From NCBI GenBank assembly GCA_009859145.1, contig VRVR01000033.1:186001-250000 (forward strand): a DNA stretch of 64,000 nucleotides. The letters run 5' to 3'. Both the position numbers and the translations under genes were made by a program. Under the pieces are notes generated by a model. It made no database searches. It was not told the origin of the DNA and was given only the letters and a program-made list of their open reading frames with translations. This stretch comes from Andalucia godoyi And28. Lineage: Eukaryota; Protista; Jakobida. Shown here piece by piece: positions 38,650 through 51,000 of the stretch; within the stretch, counting starts at the first letter, position 1; every line of letters starts with the position of its first letter.

Positions 38650-41600
38650 TTACCGTGCCGTATGTGCCCCGGATGCGGTGGGGCCTGCGGATCCCGGCCG
38701 TCCAAGAGACAGGCGACCGCGGTAAAGAAGATCCAGAACGGCCTGACGGCGATCTGGAGTCATGTTACTACTGCGCGATAGCGATCGATTCGGAGACTGG
38801 GAAGCTGGGCTGCCACCAAGAGAAAGTGCAGAGGGGCCGCGAGATTGCATGGAGTACGGAGCAGACGGCGGCCGGAATGACGGGGGAAGCACAGATGCAA
38901 GAAAACCTCCCTGATCGTCATCGAATGAAGATACCATTTGCCGACCTCCAGTATCGTACAAATTCTTGCGGAGGGAAGCGCCGCCGGAAGACCTGGGTCG
39001 TGCAGACTGCGGCATCGATGCATACGAGCCTGCAAGTCCTTCATCTTCGCTGGAATCGAATTCCTGAACACCTCGTCTTGGGGCACTGTGCTGTTTGCTC
39101 ATCTCTGACACTGAAATGCGTTTGATGCCACTTGCCGAAGGAGGTCTTGGAGACATTCCGGAAACATTGGACACGCTCGACGACACACCGCTCGAAGTGA
39201 GTCGGACGACTTCTCGTTCCTGCATTGACGGTTTGCTCTCCGATGGAGGGCCTTCGTTGGGAGTCGGCGACACAGCGACACGCTCGGCAGACTTTTCCTT
39301 GTCTCGTTTCATTGCAGAAAAATTGCGGTGACCATAGTAAGGGGCATTGGACTGTTGCGGACTCTTGGTTCGATTCGTTGCAGAAATTCGGGGCTTCTTG
39401 ACGGATTTTGGGCTGGGAGAATTGGTCGTATCTACGAATGGAATTCCGTGTTGCCGTGTAGACGTTGGCGTCACGTACGCATGCGGGTTTCCATATAGAT
39501 GAAGCGATGGAACGCGCCACGCTCGCTGCTTTTGCTGCGGGTTCACGAGCAATCGGCACGAGGACAACACACGTTCCATATTTCGTTGACGTTCCTTCAT
39601 CAGCGCTTCCTTCAACTGGCGCTGTCGTTCCAACATCAGATTGTAGCGTTCTGCCAGGCGGGTAAATACATCCAAGTGCGCCAATGGATCTTCTTTTGTT
39701 TCTTCGACTATTTTGAGTCGTGTTTGCGCCTTGATAATTCCCCAGTTCGTGCTTGCAATCTCAGCAACCAGTTCGTCATCGCGCTTCATGCCTTGGTCAA
39801 TCTCCTTCACAAGAGACTGGCTGATTGCATTCGCATTGGATTCCTTCAATCGCCTGATCTCGTCCTCCAAATCCTTGATACGCGTCTCGTATTTCCTCTT
39901 CTCTTCATCCAACGAAGCCCGCCCACGTGCAACTTCTCCTCGCAATTTTGTCAACTCACGAGCATTTGATCCGAGTCTCGACAAAGCGTCTTCGCGGCTC
40001 ATTTGAGCTCTTTCGAGCATCGACTGTGCATTAGACGCCGACGACTGCGCTTCCTTCAGCGCGTATTCAAGCTCCGTGATCTTTTGTTTGTACTCCAACT
40101 CCATTTGCTCCATTTGTGCCTTATGCGCTTGGTTAAGGTTCGCCATCTCCTCCTCGTGCTGCTGTGCTGCGTGTGCTATTTCTTCTTCCTTCAAACGCAG
40201 CCTGTCCGTCAACTCCTCCAACTCGCCCCGCAGATGTGCGAGTTCATCTTCATACCTGTCGCGAAGAGATCGTATTTCATCCTCATGCTCCGCTTTCATC
40301 GTCTCCATTTGCTCTTCGTATTCGCCCTTGACATCTCGCATTTGCTGATCAAAATCTCTCTGCATCTCGACAATCTTCGTTTCATACGAAGCTTTCATCG
40401 CCTGCATTTCTCGACGGTTTCTTTCTTCTCCTTCCGCCAATCGCTGCTGCGCTTCCTCCAGAGCAGCTCTCAGCTCATCCATTTCCTGCTTCATCTTGAA
40501 TTTCAGAGCATTCATTTCCTTTTCGAATTTCTCCCTCATGGAGTTCAGCTGTTGCTCAGCGGATTTTTCTCCGGTGCTCTGCGCTTCCTCCTCATTTCCC
40601 GTCCAGTCATAGAACATCATCCATTCCGGCCGGAACTTGTCTCCCAGCTTGCAAGCCTGGATCAGTTGCTCTCGCAGAACAGTCAGCTCCCGCAGGTATG
40701 CCTGACGCATCTTTTTGAACTGCGAATCTCGTCTTGCGAGTTGTCCTCGAAGATAGTCCAATTGCATATCGTTTCGTTTTAGACGATCGACTACTTCCTG
40801 TGTTCGCTGCTTATAGATCGACACGACTTCTTGAATCTTCTGACGCCCTTCCGCTGAAACGCCTCCCCCCATCGCCGCATTCGCAGACCCTTTTACATTT
40901 GGGGAAGGGCCAAGGGATGCGTTCATTCCGCCGGAATCCTCGTTACCACCGTTTCCGTTGTGGCTACTGTTGTTATTATTACTGGCATCTTTTGGATTCC
41001 CATTCGAACTGTGGAGATTGGAGGGGGCCACATTTGCGGAAACAATGGATTGCTTGCGAGGAGATACAGAAACGTCGTCCAAGCCAATTGCCGAAAACAC
41101 ATTCTCGAGAAACGAGTGCAAAGCTTGCGACAGCTCCTTGTCCAGCTTTTGCTTCTCAGTGAGCGACTGCGGGGTCCGTGCAGACATTGGCAGCACTGGT
41201 TTTTGTGCCGATGGAGGTTCTGCGGCCATTAAATTAGTAGGGAGGTAAGAGGAGAACATGGTGAAGATCTTGTCGCGGACATCAAATAACAGCCTTTCCG
41301 TCTCGGGAGCAGATCGCGCAGACGAAAGCAACACAGATCTTCGTGGAGACGAAGCCACATTCTGCGAGAGATCGAGCAGTGGAATCCCAGATGGCTTGCG
41401 CCCGCCACCATGCATGCTGCTTTTAGCATGGTTGTTGTTGTTGTTGTTGTTGCTGCTGCTGCTGCTGCTGCCGCTGTAATTATTACCATGGGAATTGTTA
41501 TTGCTATTGCCATTGTTGTTGATCTTATTACTGCCAACGTTCTTGGTATTGTCATCATTGTCATAATCCGATTGTGAAGCATCCAATTCTCTCCGCTGTC

Positions 41601-41802
41601 TCTGGTCAGAATTATAAAACGTTTGGACTTCTTCCAGATGTCCATCCCCGTCATCCCCATCGTCATCATCGGAAAATGCGGGATTGAAATCATCAGAGTC
41701 ATCGCCGCCGTGCTTTGCCAACTCAGTCCTTCGAATCACTGCTTCAATCTCCTTGTCATTGGGGTCTCGAAACGCACCCTGCCGCAATACATCCGCGTTC
41801 AT
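38650..41802 (-). CDS. Large coiled-coil protein with Asn/Ser-rich N-terminus and disordered C-terminus
   Basis: ATG at 41802 (the 41817 start in the ORF track is GTG). Long heptad region at about 39600-40800. Confidence 0.75.
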   Translation of the reverse strand: MNADVLRQGAFRDPNDKEIEAVIRRTELAKHGGDDSDDFNPAFSDDDDGDDGDGHLEEVQTFYNSDQRQRRELDASQSDYDNDDNTKNVGSNKINNNGNSNNNSHGNNYSGSSSSSSNNNNNNNHAKSSMHGGGRKPSGIPLLDLSQNVASSPRRSVLLSSARSAPETERLLFDVRDKIFTMFSSYLPTNLMAAEPPSAQKPVLPMSARTPQSLTEKQKLDKELSQALHSFLENVFSAIGLDDVSVSPRKQSIVSANVAPSNLHSSNGNPKDASNNNNSSHNGNGGNEDSGGMNASLGPSPNVKGSANAAMGGGVSAEGRQKIQEVVSIYKQRTQEVVDRLKRNDMQLDYLRGQLARRDSQFKKMRQAYLRELTVLREQLIQACKLGDKFRPEWMMFYDWTGNEEEAQSTGEKSAEQQLNSMREKFEKEMNALKFKMKQEMDELRAALEEAQQRLAEGEERNRREMQAMKASYETKIVEMQRDFDQQMRDVKGEYEEQMETMKAEHEDEIRSLRDRYEDELAHLRGELEELTDRLRLKEEEIAHAAQQHEEEMANLNQAHKAQMEQMELEYKQKITELEYALKEAQSSASNAQSMLERAQMSREDALSRLGSNARELTKLRGEVARGRASLDEEKRKYETRIKDLEDEIRRLKESNANAISQSLVKEIDQGMKRDDELVAEIASTNWGIIKAQTRLKIVEETKEDPLAHLDVFTRLAERYNLMLERQRQLKEALMKERQRNMERVLSSCRLLVNPQQKQRAWRVPSLHLYGNPHAYVTPTSTRQHGIPFVDTTNSPSPKSVKKPRISATNRTKSPQQSNAPYYGHRNFSAMKRDKEKSAERVAVSPTPNEGPPSESKPSMQEREVVRLTSSGVSSSVSNVSGMSPRPPSASGIKRISVSEMSKQHSAPRRGVQEFDSSEDEGLAGSYASMPQSARPRSSGGASLRKNLYDTGGRQMVSSFDDDQGGFLASVLPPSFRPPSAPYSMQSRGPSALSLGGSPASQSPNRSLSRSSNMTPDRRQAVLDLLYRGRLSLGRPGSAGPTASGAHTAR

Positions 41803-42387
41803 ACAAAATAACCCCACTTATTCAACTAGCAAAAGGAAAATCAACTATCAAAAAATAAAAAAGAAAAAAGATAAAGGAAAGAAAATTTGTCGCACAATCA
41901 AAAATCATAACAATCCCATGTATAACACAGCAGGATTCATTAGCAAACAAAAGGATCAGTATATATATATATATATATATTGATTCGGAGAAACGAAAAA
42001 TGGTTCGGCCGTTTTGACAAATGTAGGAACGGTTTTTGGAAAGACATGGAAGATAAGGGACCGGGGAAATGTAGGGCAACTCCACTTAGGGTTGCTCGCA
42101 CGCCCATTGGGGTCGGAGTGTGGCTTGGCTTTTCCCCCGAAAAAGTGTCGCGCATGCTTGGGACATTTGGAGCGATCTTTTTCGTCTGATTGTATTTTCT
42201 TTTGTTGTTAATATGTGTTATTTAAAATATTAGTTTTTTTTAAGGATTAGTTTTTGTTTTTTTGTTTTGTTTCTCTTCCCGCCTCTGCTCTGCAAATTCT
42301 TAAACAAAGTCATCGCTGCACATATTTCTGTAATCAGCAAGCCGAAGAAGAAAAGCCAAAGAACAACAGCAAGATACCAAAGAAGAA

Positions 42388-43923
42388 ATGTCGTCTCGCA
42401 AGTCAGAATCTGTTGTGGAGAAGCAACGCAAGGAGGATTTCCAAGTGGAGTCGTCGACCACAAAGCCAACTTTGGACACGACGGAGTGGCCTCTGTTACT
42501 GAAGAACTATGACAAGCTCCACATTCGCAGCGCACACTACACTCCGATTGCTGCTGGTTGTTCTCCGCTGAAGCGCCCCATTTTTGACTATGTTCGTTAT
42601 GGTGTGATCAACCTGGATAAGCCTGCAAATCCGTCGTCGCACGAAGTTGTTGCTTGGATCAAGCGGATTTTGCGCGTGGACAAGACCGGCCATTCCGGCA
42701 CTCTGGATCCCAAGGTTACAGGATGCTTGATTGTGTGTGTTGACCGTGCAACGAGACTTGTCAAGGCCCAGCAGGCTGCAGGAAAGGAGTACGTGTCCGT
42801 GCTTCGCATGCATGACAAGGTTCAGTCTGAGCTCCAAGTTTCCCGTGCTTTGGAGAAGCTGACTGGAGCGTTGTTCCAGATGCCGCCCGTCATTTCCGCT
42901 GTGAAGAGACAGCTGCGAATCCGAACCATCTATGAATCAAAGCTCTTCGAGTTTGACGCCGAGCGCAATCTGGCTGTCTTCTGGGTCTCTTGCGAGGCCG
43001 GCACCTACATCCGAACCCTCTGTGTGCATCTTGGACTGCTTCTTGGAGTTGGCGGACATATGCAGGAGCTGCGACGCGTGCGCTCTGGTATCATGTCAGA
43101 GAACGAACACATGGTTTCCATGCACGACGTGCTCGATGCCCAGTATGTGTACGACAACCACAAGGACGAGTCGTATCTCCGACGCGTCATCCGACCTCTT
43201 GAGATCTTGCTGACAAATTACAAGCGTATTGTTGTCAAGGACTCTGCCGTCAATGCAGTGTGCTATGGTGCAAAGGTTATGATCCCCGGCTTGCTGCGCT
43301 TCGACTCATCCATCGAGGTCGGCGAGGAAGTTGTCATCATCACCACCAAGGGCGAGGCTGTCGCAATCGGTGTTGCGCAAATGACAGGACCGATCATGGC
43401 CACTGTTGACCATGGAATTGTTGCCAAGATTAAGCGTGTCGTTATGGAACGCGATACGTATCCTCGTCGATGGGGACTTGGACCGGTTGCACAGGAAAAG
43501 AAGAAGCTCGTCGCTTCTGGAAAGCTCGACAAGTATGGCCGACCGAACGAGAACACCCCCAAGAACTGGGCAACGGCGTACAAGTATCATGATGGTGCCG
43601 CTGCTGCACAACAGGCAGAGGAGTCGAACGGACACTCTGCTCAAGAGTCGAAGCCTGCAAAGATGCTGATTGAAGAGGTTGAGGCCGTCACTCCAAAGGA
43701 GAAGTCCAAGGACAAGGATGAGAAGAAGTCTGAGAAGAAGGACCGCAAGCGTGAGCGCGAAGTTGCATCATCGGACTCGGAGCAGGAGTCCAAGAAGAAG
43801 AAGAAGGACAAGGAGGAGAAGAAGTCTGAGAAGAAGGAGAAGAAATCAGAGAAGAAGGACAAGAAAGAAAAGAAGGACAAGAAGAAGAAGAATGATACGT
43901 CAAGCAGCAGCGATGAAGAGTAA
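42388..43923 (+). CDS. DKC1: H/ACA ribonucleoprotein pseudouridine synthase (dyskerin/Cbf5)
   Basis: [55 protein letters not shown] domain and Lys-rich tail. Confidence 0.98.
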   Translation: MSSRKSESVVEKQRKEDFQVESSTTKPTLDTTEWPLLLKNYDKLHIRSAHYTPIAAGCSPLKRPIFDYVRYGVINLDKPANPSSHEVVAWIKRILRVDKTGHSGTLDPKVTGCLIVCVDRATRLVKAQQAAGKEYVSVLRMHDKVQSELQVSRALEKLTGALFQMPPVISAVKRQLRIRTIYESKLFEFDAERNLAVFWVSCEAGTYIRTLCVHLGLLLGVGGHMQELRRVRSGIMSENEHMVSMHDVLDAQYVYDNHKDESYLRRVIRPLEILLTNYKRIVVKDSAVNAVCYGAKVMIPGLLRFDSSIEVGEEVVIITTKGEAVAIGVAQMTGPIMATVDHGIVAKIKRVVMERDTYPRRWGLGPVAQEKKKLVASGKLDKYGRPNENTPKNWATAYKYHDGAAAAQQAEESNGHSAQESKPAKMLIEEVEAVTPKEKSKDKDEKKSEKKDRKREREVASSDSEQESKKKKKDKEEKKSEKKEKKSEKKDKKEKKDKKKKNDTSSSSDEE

Positions 43924-44034
43924 AAAATGATTTCCCCTTCTTTTTCTTGTTACGAGAACTCTTTCATTACTATTTTCTTTTGTTTTTGGTGTGGGTGCAG
44001 GAAGAAGAAATACGTCTTCCAGCGAATGTCGTCG

Positions 44035-45692
44035 TCATTTATGATGTTTGTGGCTTTGCTGTGGAGTCATAGGAGTGCGGTTTCCATCTTGCCGTGGTCG
44101 AAAAGGGTGGCTCGCAGACAGCAGAGAAAATACGTTTCCGCAAGATGCAGACGCTGGATCCGCAGAAAAGAACGGGTGATTGAGAGCGTCCGCTGCCGAA
44201 ACTCGCTTTGCTGGATCATACTGCAGCATTGACAAGAGAAGGTCGATCGCGAGTGTCAGATCCGCGGAAACGCGTTGTCCACTGCGCTCGCCTGGACGGT
44301 ATTGCAAAACCTTTTGCGATATTTGTCTCCGCTGCCGCTCCACATCGACATTCAAAAAGAACTTTTGAAAGTCAACGCTCCTTTCTGCATAGCTCTGCAG
44401 CTGTTGCCAGTGGACGGTTTGGGAGGCCGTCGGCCACGCTTGTTCGCAGGCCTTCCCGAGCAGCGCAAAGATCTGAAGAATCTGCGAGATCTCGATCGTC
44501 CGATCCGTCGAGGATGACTCAGGGTGATCTCGTTTCCCCGTTAGCAACGACGATGACGCAGTGGAGGAAGACGGCGGCACAGAAGAAGAGGAAGATGACA
44601 CAGGAACCCCGGGGCCGTTCGCCGCGTTTCCATTCGCAAGAACGGGGGGTTTTGCAGGCAGCTTGGACGACACTTGTCGGGACTGTCTTCCCGGGAACAT
44701 GACGTGCGTTGTGATCAATTCGTACATGATGCATCCAGCCGACCAGATGTCAATTGCGGGTCCGTAAGATGAAGAGCCAAGCAACAGCTCTGGCGCACGA
44801 TACCACAATGACACCACTTCTGGATCAGACGAATAGTCCACTGCTGACGGGCAAAGCAAGTGTGCTCGTGAGTGAAACGCTGCGGGTTTGGCCTGCCTTG
44901 CAAGTCCAAAGTCCGCAATCTGCACTTTTCCGTCACACACAAGAATGTTGGACGGCTTGATGTCGCGATGCAGAATTCGAACCGACGGGCCGTGCAGATA
45001 CCGTAGCCCTTGCAGCATCTGCCACATAATGCAGCGGATCACACGGAACGGAAGCAAGTACTTTGCATCTTTCGCTTGCTCCAGCAGCATTTGCAAGTCA
45101 TACTCTGCATAGTCAAACACAAACGCCGCCTGACCACTCTTTGGACTCATGAAGCAGTCTCGCAAACACGCAGCGTTCTCATGGCTCAACAGCTGCAAAA
45201 TCTATCGCTTTTTGCTATTTGTTTCTTGATTTTGTTTGTCCCCCGACCTCGTCATTCAAGAAAAACCATGCACACATAAGCAACAATAAACCAGACATCA
45301 TCAACAGCAACTTTAAAAGAAAGAAAGAAAAAACAATAAAAGTAAAAAGTAAAACAGCAGAAGAAGAAGACATGCACCAGCGGTCTCGTTCTTTTTCTCT
45401 TCTTTTTGGCGCATCGATGAAAACATACAGATAATTCCCGGATAAAAGCAGGTCGAAGCATGGATGACGACGACCCCGAGCTGGTCCGCAGTCTCACAGT
45501 CTTGATAACGACATCCTTTCCATGCACCAGGTCTCGGTATCGCTTCACTTCGCCGTGTGTTCCCGAGCTCACAAAGCCCACGTATTGGTACTTTGCGAAA
45601 TGATTCTTGTACTCGGTCTCGTAGTATCGTGCGATGTCCTCCAGCGAACATGCGTCGCCTTTCCAGCCCGCAGTCCGCCCTTGAATCGCCAT
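44035..45692 (-). CDS. CDK8: Cyclin-dependent kinase, CDK8/CDKE-like; join of 45692-45429 and 45192-44035
   Basis: FDYAEYDL, HRDIKPSNILV, DFGLAR, DPEVVSLWYRAPELLLG. A phase-0 intron at 45428-45193 (GTATGT..TTTGCAG) joins RELS to LLSHEN. Confidence 0.8.
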
Positions 45693-46369
45693 CGTCGACG
45701 ATTTGGCCTACATATCGCAGAATACTGCATGCAGTATGCATGCAACATGACCATCTCTGTAGCCCACTCGGTTCTCTCTGCGCGCGTGCTTGGAGGTCCC
45801 TTTCTCTTCAGGAAAATGTACAGTAGGTCATCCTTTTTTAAAAAATTCCTATATAAACTGATTTTTTAAAATAGAATAACAATCCACATCGGCCGCTGAT
45901 GCGCCTGCGATACAGGACACTGCATCAATAATACCTTACTGGGTCTAATTGAGAATATTGCAATGTTGCATAACAATCGATCCATCGAAAGCAATCGTCT
46001 AGATACTGTCGACGGCCCGTTTCCAAAACACCAGACTTGAAACATCGTATTTTCTTTTCAGGTCGTTCGTGCAAACCAGACCTGAAAGAGCCCAACGCTA
46101 GAGCCTTGAAGCCTCTTGTCAAGACGATGAAAACGATATTAGACACAATAAAAACAGTTCAAAAATAAATAAATAAGACGTCTACGGTGCTTATGGATAA
46201 CCAGCGAGAGAGAGGGGGGAAGCAAGCAATCAAAGATGTGAATTGGCAGCCAGGAACACAGATATAGTTTACACACAAAAGAAAAGAAAAGAAAAGAAAA
46301 GAAAAGAAAAGAAAAGAAGAAAAGAAGAGAAAAATTGTTGGGAGAGCGAGCTATCGATGGTCCGCGTAT

Positions 46370-47647
46370 CTATACTTCGTCGTGGGGGAGGTCGTCAGAG
46401 GCATCGTTGTCGGCAGACATCTCTACAGGTGGACCGAGCAAAACCGGCAGCGCATCGTATGGGTTCGTCTTCAAGGTTCCGCGGACGACCTTGTCGAGTC
46501 CCTTTGAGAGATCCGACTTTGTGAAGGAGCCAACATAGGCACCTGCCCGCTGCTTCGATGGACTAATGATGACTGCCGATGGGAAGCCGCCTGGCACAAC
46601 CAGCTTTCTCTGGAACTCTTCGGTAAGACGAGTGCCGTCGGCCCAGAAGAAGTGGAACAGCTTCAACGACGCCTTATCCTTTCTGACTTCTTCCAGCACC
46701 TTGGTGAACTTCTCAGTATCCTCTTTTTCGAGAGGGTCCAAAAAGGTGATGAAGCAAAGTCCCTTCTTGGTCAAGCACTGGCTCTCAAACGCTTCTTGCG
46801 ATTCGAGATAAATTACCTCGGAAGCGGGAACTTCAATATTTGCCGTCGCCTGCTGCTGCTGCTGCTGCTGCTGTCGTTCTTCCTCTTCGTCGTCTGCCTT
46901 TGCCTTTGCATTTCCGTTCGTATTCGTGTTTCCCTTTTTTGAAGAAAGCTCCTTGAAAGCCTTGGACAGCTCCTTCTGCTTCAACTCTCCATCGAATACC
47001 GATCGAGAACCATCGGCAGCGATAAAGACAACCGACGGGAACGCAGACACGCCAAACTCCGAGACGACATCCTTGCTCTTCTCGTGCACTTCGCCAATCT
47101 TCAGCTTATCCTTGAAATCAATCGAAAGAGCTTTGAGCATCGGGGGTGTCTGCTTCTTGGACAGGAACACCAAAACATCGTACTTTCCGGACGTCGCATC
47201 CGCTACAGAAGCCACAGGCTCGACAAATGAAACCATCTTGGACAGTGCAAAGTCCGCCATATCCTTCGCAGTTCTTGGTCCAGAATAATCGACCGGCGTC
47301 TTCTTGTTCTTCTTTCCACCAGGGAACACCTTGATAGTCGGGAACCCCTGGACGCCGTACTGCCCTCCAATCGCTCGCTCTGCGTCTGCATCGACAGCAA
47401 CAACCTTCACCAGTCCCTTGAGCTTCGTCGCAAGCTTGTCATAGATGGGTGCGAGGTTCTTGCAATGTCCGCACCACGGCGCAAAGAACTCCACAATGAC
47501 AGTGTGATCCGTATCAAGAACAAGCTTCTGGAACGTCTTTGCATCCGCCATAATCACATCCGACTTTGCATCATACAGCGCTGAGGCAAACGTAAGACTC
47601 GCAACCGCCAGCACCGCAATCACAAATGTGCCTCTGGACTTCAGCAT
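46370..47647 (-). CDS. Protein disulfide isomerase, PDIA6/P5-like, with a single CGHC domain
   Basis: ATG at 47647 with a signal peptide, FFAPWCGHCKNL, GFPTIKVF, P5-like C-terminal domain and HDEV terminus. Confidence 0.88.
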   Translation of the reverse strand: MLKSRGTFVIAVLAVASLTFASALYDAKSDVIMADAKTFQKLVLDTDHTVIVEFFAPWCGHCKNLAPIYDKLATKLKGLVKVVAVDADAERAIGGQYGVQGFPTIKVFPGGKKNKKTPVDYSGPRTAKDMADFALSKMVSFVEPVASVADATSGKYDVLVFLSKKQTPPMLKALSIDFKDKLKIGEVHEKSKDVVSEFGVSAFPSVVFIAADGSRSVFDGELKQKELSKAFKELSSKKGNTNTNGNAKAKADDEEEERQQQQQQQQATANIEVPASEVIYLESQEAFESQCLTKKGLCFITFLDPLEKEDTEKFTKVLEEVRKDKASLKLFHFFWADGTRLTEEFQRKLVVPGGFPSAVIISPSKQRAGAYVGSFTKSDLSKGLDKVVRGTLKTNPYDALPVLLGPPVEMSADNDASDDLPHDEV

Positions 47648-48032
47648 CTTGGTCCTCCAACACCGACGGATTGACACACCAACACAATATCCGTTGTAAG
47701 AATAGCAATAACAATAACAATAACAATTATGAAAGAGCAAAAGATAAAGCCAAAAAGAACGAAGAACGACGATTGTAGGATGAATAATCCAAAGACGATG
47801 CTGTCATCCGAGACACGAAGTTTGCCAAATTTTGCTTTTATCTTGAAATTCTGCATTGGGGGTGTTTCAGGTGGGAATGACGTGGCATTTGTTATCTTTA
47901 CGACGGTTTTTGTTCAAAGGAGACCATTTCTTTCTTTCTTTCTTGTTGTTGTTGTTGTTGTTATTATTCTATAATACAGCAGGAACCCACAATTCAGGTG
48001 TGGCGAGTACATATGCGAACAGCCTCCATGAG

Positions 48033-51000
48033 CTAATCCAAGAAGATGTCCAGTTTCTTGATCTCGGAAGCGTACCTTCCAGCGTCGCCAATCCTCTTGT
48101 AGAGCTCTTTTCGAACAAGGATGTCTGGACACGCGGCCTCCAAGAACTGGAATGCTCGACGTTCGTTCCAGAGGCCTGCAGTTTTCAGAGCGTCTAGTGC
48201 AGACCACGCCCAGTGACGCCATTCCGTGGATGACACACGGTTCCTAAAGTACGCCACAAATTGATCGATAAACGCGGTGTCATCCTTCTTGAAGAAACGA
48301 TCGAACAACACGGATGCAAACTCTTCATGCGGACTCAGACCATATGCTACGCACACCACATGGGCATGGCGGGGAGAATTCGCGGAACGGACAAACACTC
48401 GTGCGTCGTCACGTGTCAGGCTTAGCAAGTCCCTTCCAATCTCTTCAGAAAGAGTCAGAAGGGGGATTTTTGAACTTTGAATCTCATGCGAACGAACAAA
48501 GTTTCCTGCGAGATGGTACTGCACAGCTGCGATGCGGAACGCTTCAACACTTGGGTGCTCATTTGCCTCTTCCTCAAGTCGGAATGCAACTTCTTGCATC
48601 CGGTTTTCGCGGGCGAACACACGGTGCACACTCTTTCCGTATTGCGGGTAGCGCTTCAGGATAATCCTGGCCAAGGGCAGAGAGATCTCAAATGCAAACA
48701 GTTCCGGGGTGGCACCGGCAGCTGCAATTGCGTCCAGGTATGGCAGCAACAGAGAGACATCGCCCACGGCAAAAGAAAGAATGTGAAAATGTTCAATGAT
48801 GTGCGAACGTTGCACAGCATCGCCATCGACAAGGACTTTGGCCAGCAACGCAGAAAACCGCACATTCACTTCTTCCCAAACCCGCTGCGCAGCGAAACTG
48901 AATCCCATTGTTTCTTGCGCAAACATCACACATAGCAATCCAAGCACAGACGGAAACCCATCCCATGAAACAACAATCTTCTCCATGAGCTCCAGAAACC
49001 GGCGACGATCAACGGAGAGGCTGTGGATGAAGTCCAGGAACACGCCCCGAATATTTTCGATGCTCTTTTCGTTTTCCTCAGAGGCTACTTCTGCAAAAAT
49101 CGACTTGTTTGAAGTCAGGACGGACGACAGGGACAGCAGTGCGGAGTACACAATGGAAAGCGGCGATGAACGGCGAAAGGAAGAATCTACCTTGAGGGAT
49201 TGGGCAAGGTTCGGAATCTGCAGCCCCTTGGTCGCCAACGACGCATCGTGATACACGAACGCTCGAATGAAATCGCACCAAATCATTACCAAACTGTCCT
49301 CCCAAACAGCGCAAACGGACGGATGCTCTGCCGCGTAGCCACGAAGCAGACGCCAAACAGGTTGCTGCGAAATTAACGGACAAGGAAACAATAGCACTCG
49401 CGCCACCAGTTCGTGAAACGATCCGAGAGATATGTGCAATGGCGGACGATCCACAATGACATCCGTAAAGAGTCGAAGAATATCCGGAAACTGCTCCTTT
49501 GCCGCAAAGTAGCAATCGTGAGCAATTCGATGAAATGAGAACATTTCAGATTGCGAATCATCGTTGTCGCTCAACAGCGCCAGGATCAACGCATTAATGG
49601 AGACATTACGCACCAACTTCGTCTTCATCGAGGGTGACGACGAAGACGAGAAAGGCGGTGAGAGTGGAGTGATCGGATTCGAATACGACGCTCCAGAACC
49701 GGGAGACCGTATCGACCACGTCGTCCGGTCGCGTTCCATCAATGACCACAGCGTTTCTTTGGCGGTGCCGATTCGCAGCAATCCAATCAACTCGCTGAAC
49801 ATTTCCGAGTTATCCGATTCAAAATCCGTGAGGCATTCTACATCGATATGACATTCCTCAAGATACTTGACGGGAAACTCCGCCGAGTGCGCTCTTAAAA
49901 AGGTTTCAAGAACAAACCGAATGACTTCTGGCTCTCTACAAATGAAAGCAAGCTCAAAACACTCCTTGACGATGTCTTTCTGGTCTCGCAAAAGAGAGTA
50001 TGCGAGACACGCAATGAGAACAGCATCTGGATTTTCTCTAGAAATAAGCAGCAGCAAAAAGCAAAGCAGCGGACTGGTGTGATACCGAAAGTGATGGAAC
50101 CCAGTAGAAATCGCTCGAGAGAAGGAATTGCATTTGGACAAAAACAAGACCTCAAAGAACGTCCCCCACTCCGCGCTCAGTTTCCTTGCAGCGGCAAACC
50201 GATGCCGGCGAGAGAAGTACAGGATGAGATCCTCCTGTGGCAAGCCAAGCATCGACAGCGGCGCGAGTCCGTTTTCAAAGACATCAAAATGAGGCGGAAG
50301 AAACTGGGGAAAATACGGAGATATCATCTTGAGGAAGAGGAATTTGACCTGGTCCGGAAGAACGGCAGCAGTGGTCTTGATCACAGGTATCCACAGCAAA
50401 AGGCTGGGATTCGCTGCGTGAAATCGAGCAAAGCACTTGTGCGCTTTTGGAAAGTTCTTCATATGACAAGAATAGACAGCCTGCGCGTACCACAGAAAGA
50501 CACCGCAGTCGACATACCGTACCATCGATACTGCATCAAACGCACTCTCCGCAGTCTTGAAGGCATCAGGAACGACGATGTCCTCAGCACGAACAGGTGG
50601 CGCTTTCAGCTCTTCTTGTGCACAAGAAGGAGCATACAATTTTGTCAAATCCATGCCCGGAATATTCGCAAGCACATAAACTCCACCAACTGAGCACGGC
50701 AGATCCTGCATTCTCGGGGGATTTCCGAGGATGTGCGTGAAAAATGCCAACTGCAGTGCTGAATTGATGTCATTATTGCCGCTGCTCAGCATGACCTGCT
50801 CATCCTGATTCCTAAACACAGCATCCAAGTAATTCCACTGTAGCCTTGAACCAGACAGAATTTCTCCAGAGCGCAAAATGGATGCCCAGACAGACTGAGT
50901 ATCTGCAGACAGCGCACGCACAGGAGGGATCGTCGAGGAGTCGGAGGAAGAATAGAAACGAATGCAAAATGGGGACGCAGAGACATCTTCCAATTTCAAG

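Noticed and set aside
43720-43900. Repetitive KKSEKK tail of DKC1
   Set aside because: This is a normal feature of Cbf5/dyskerin.
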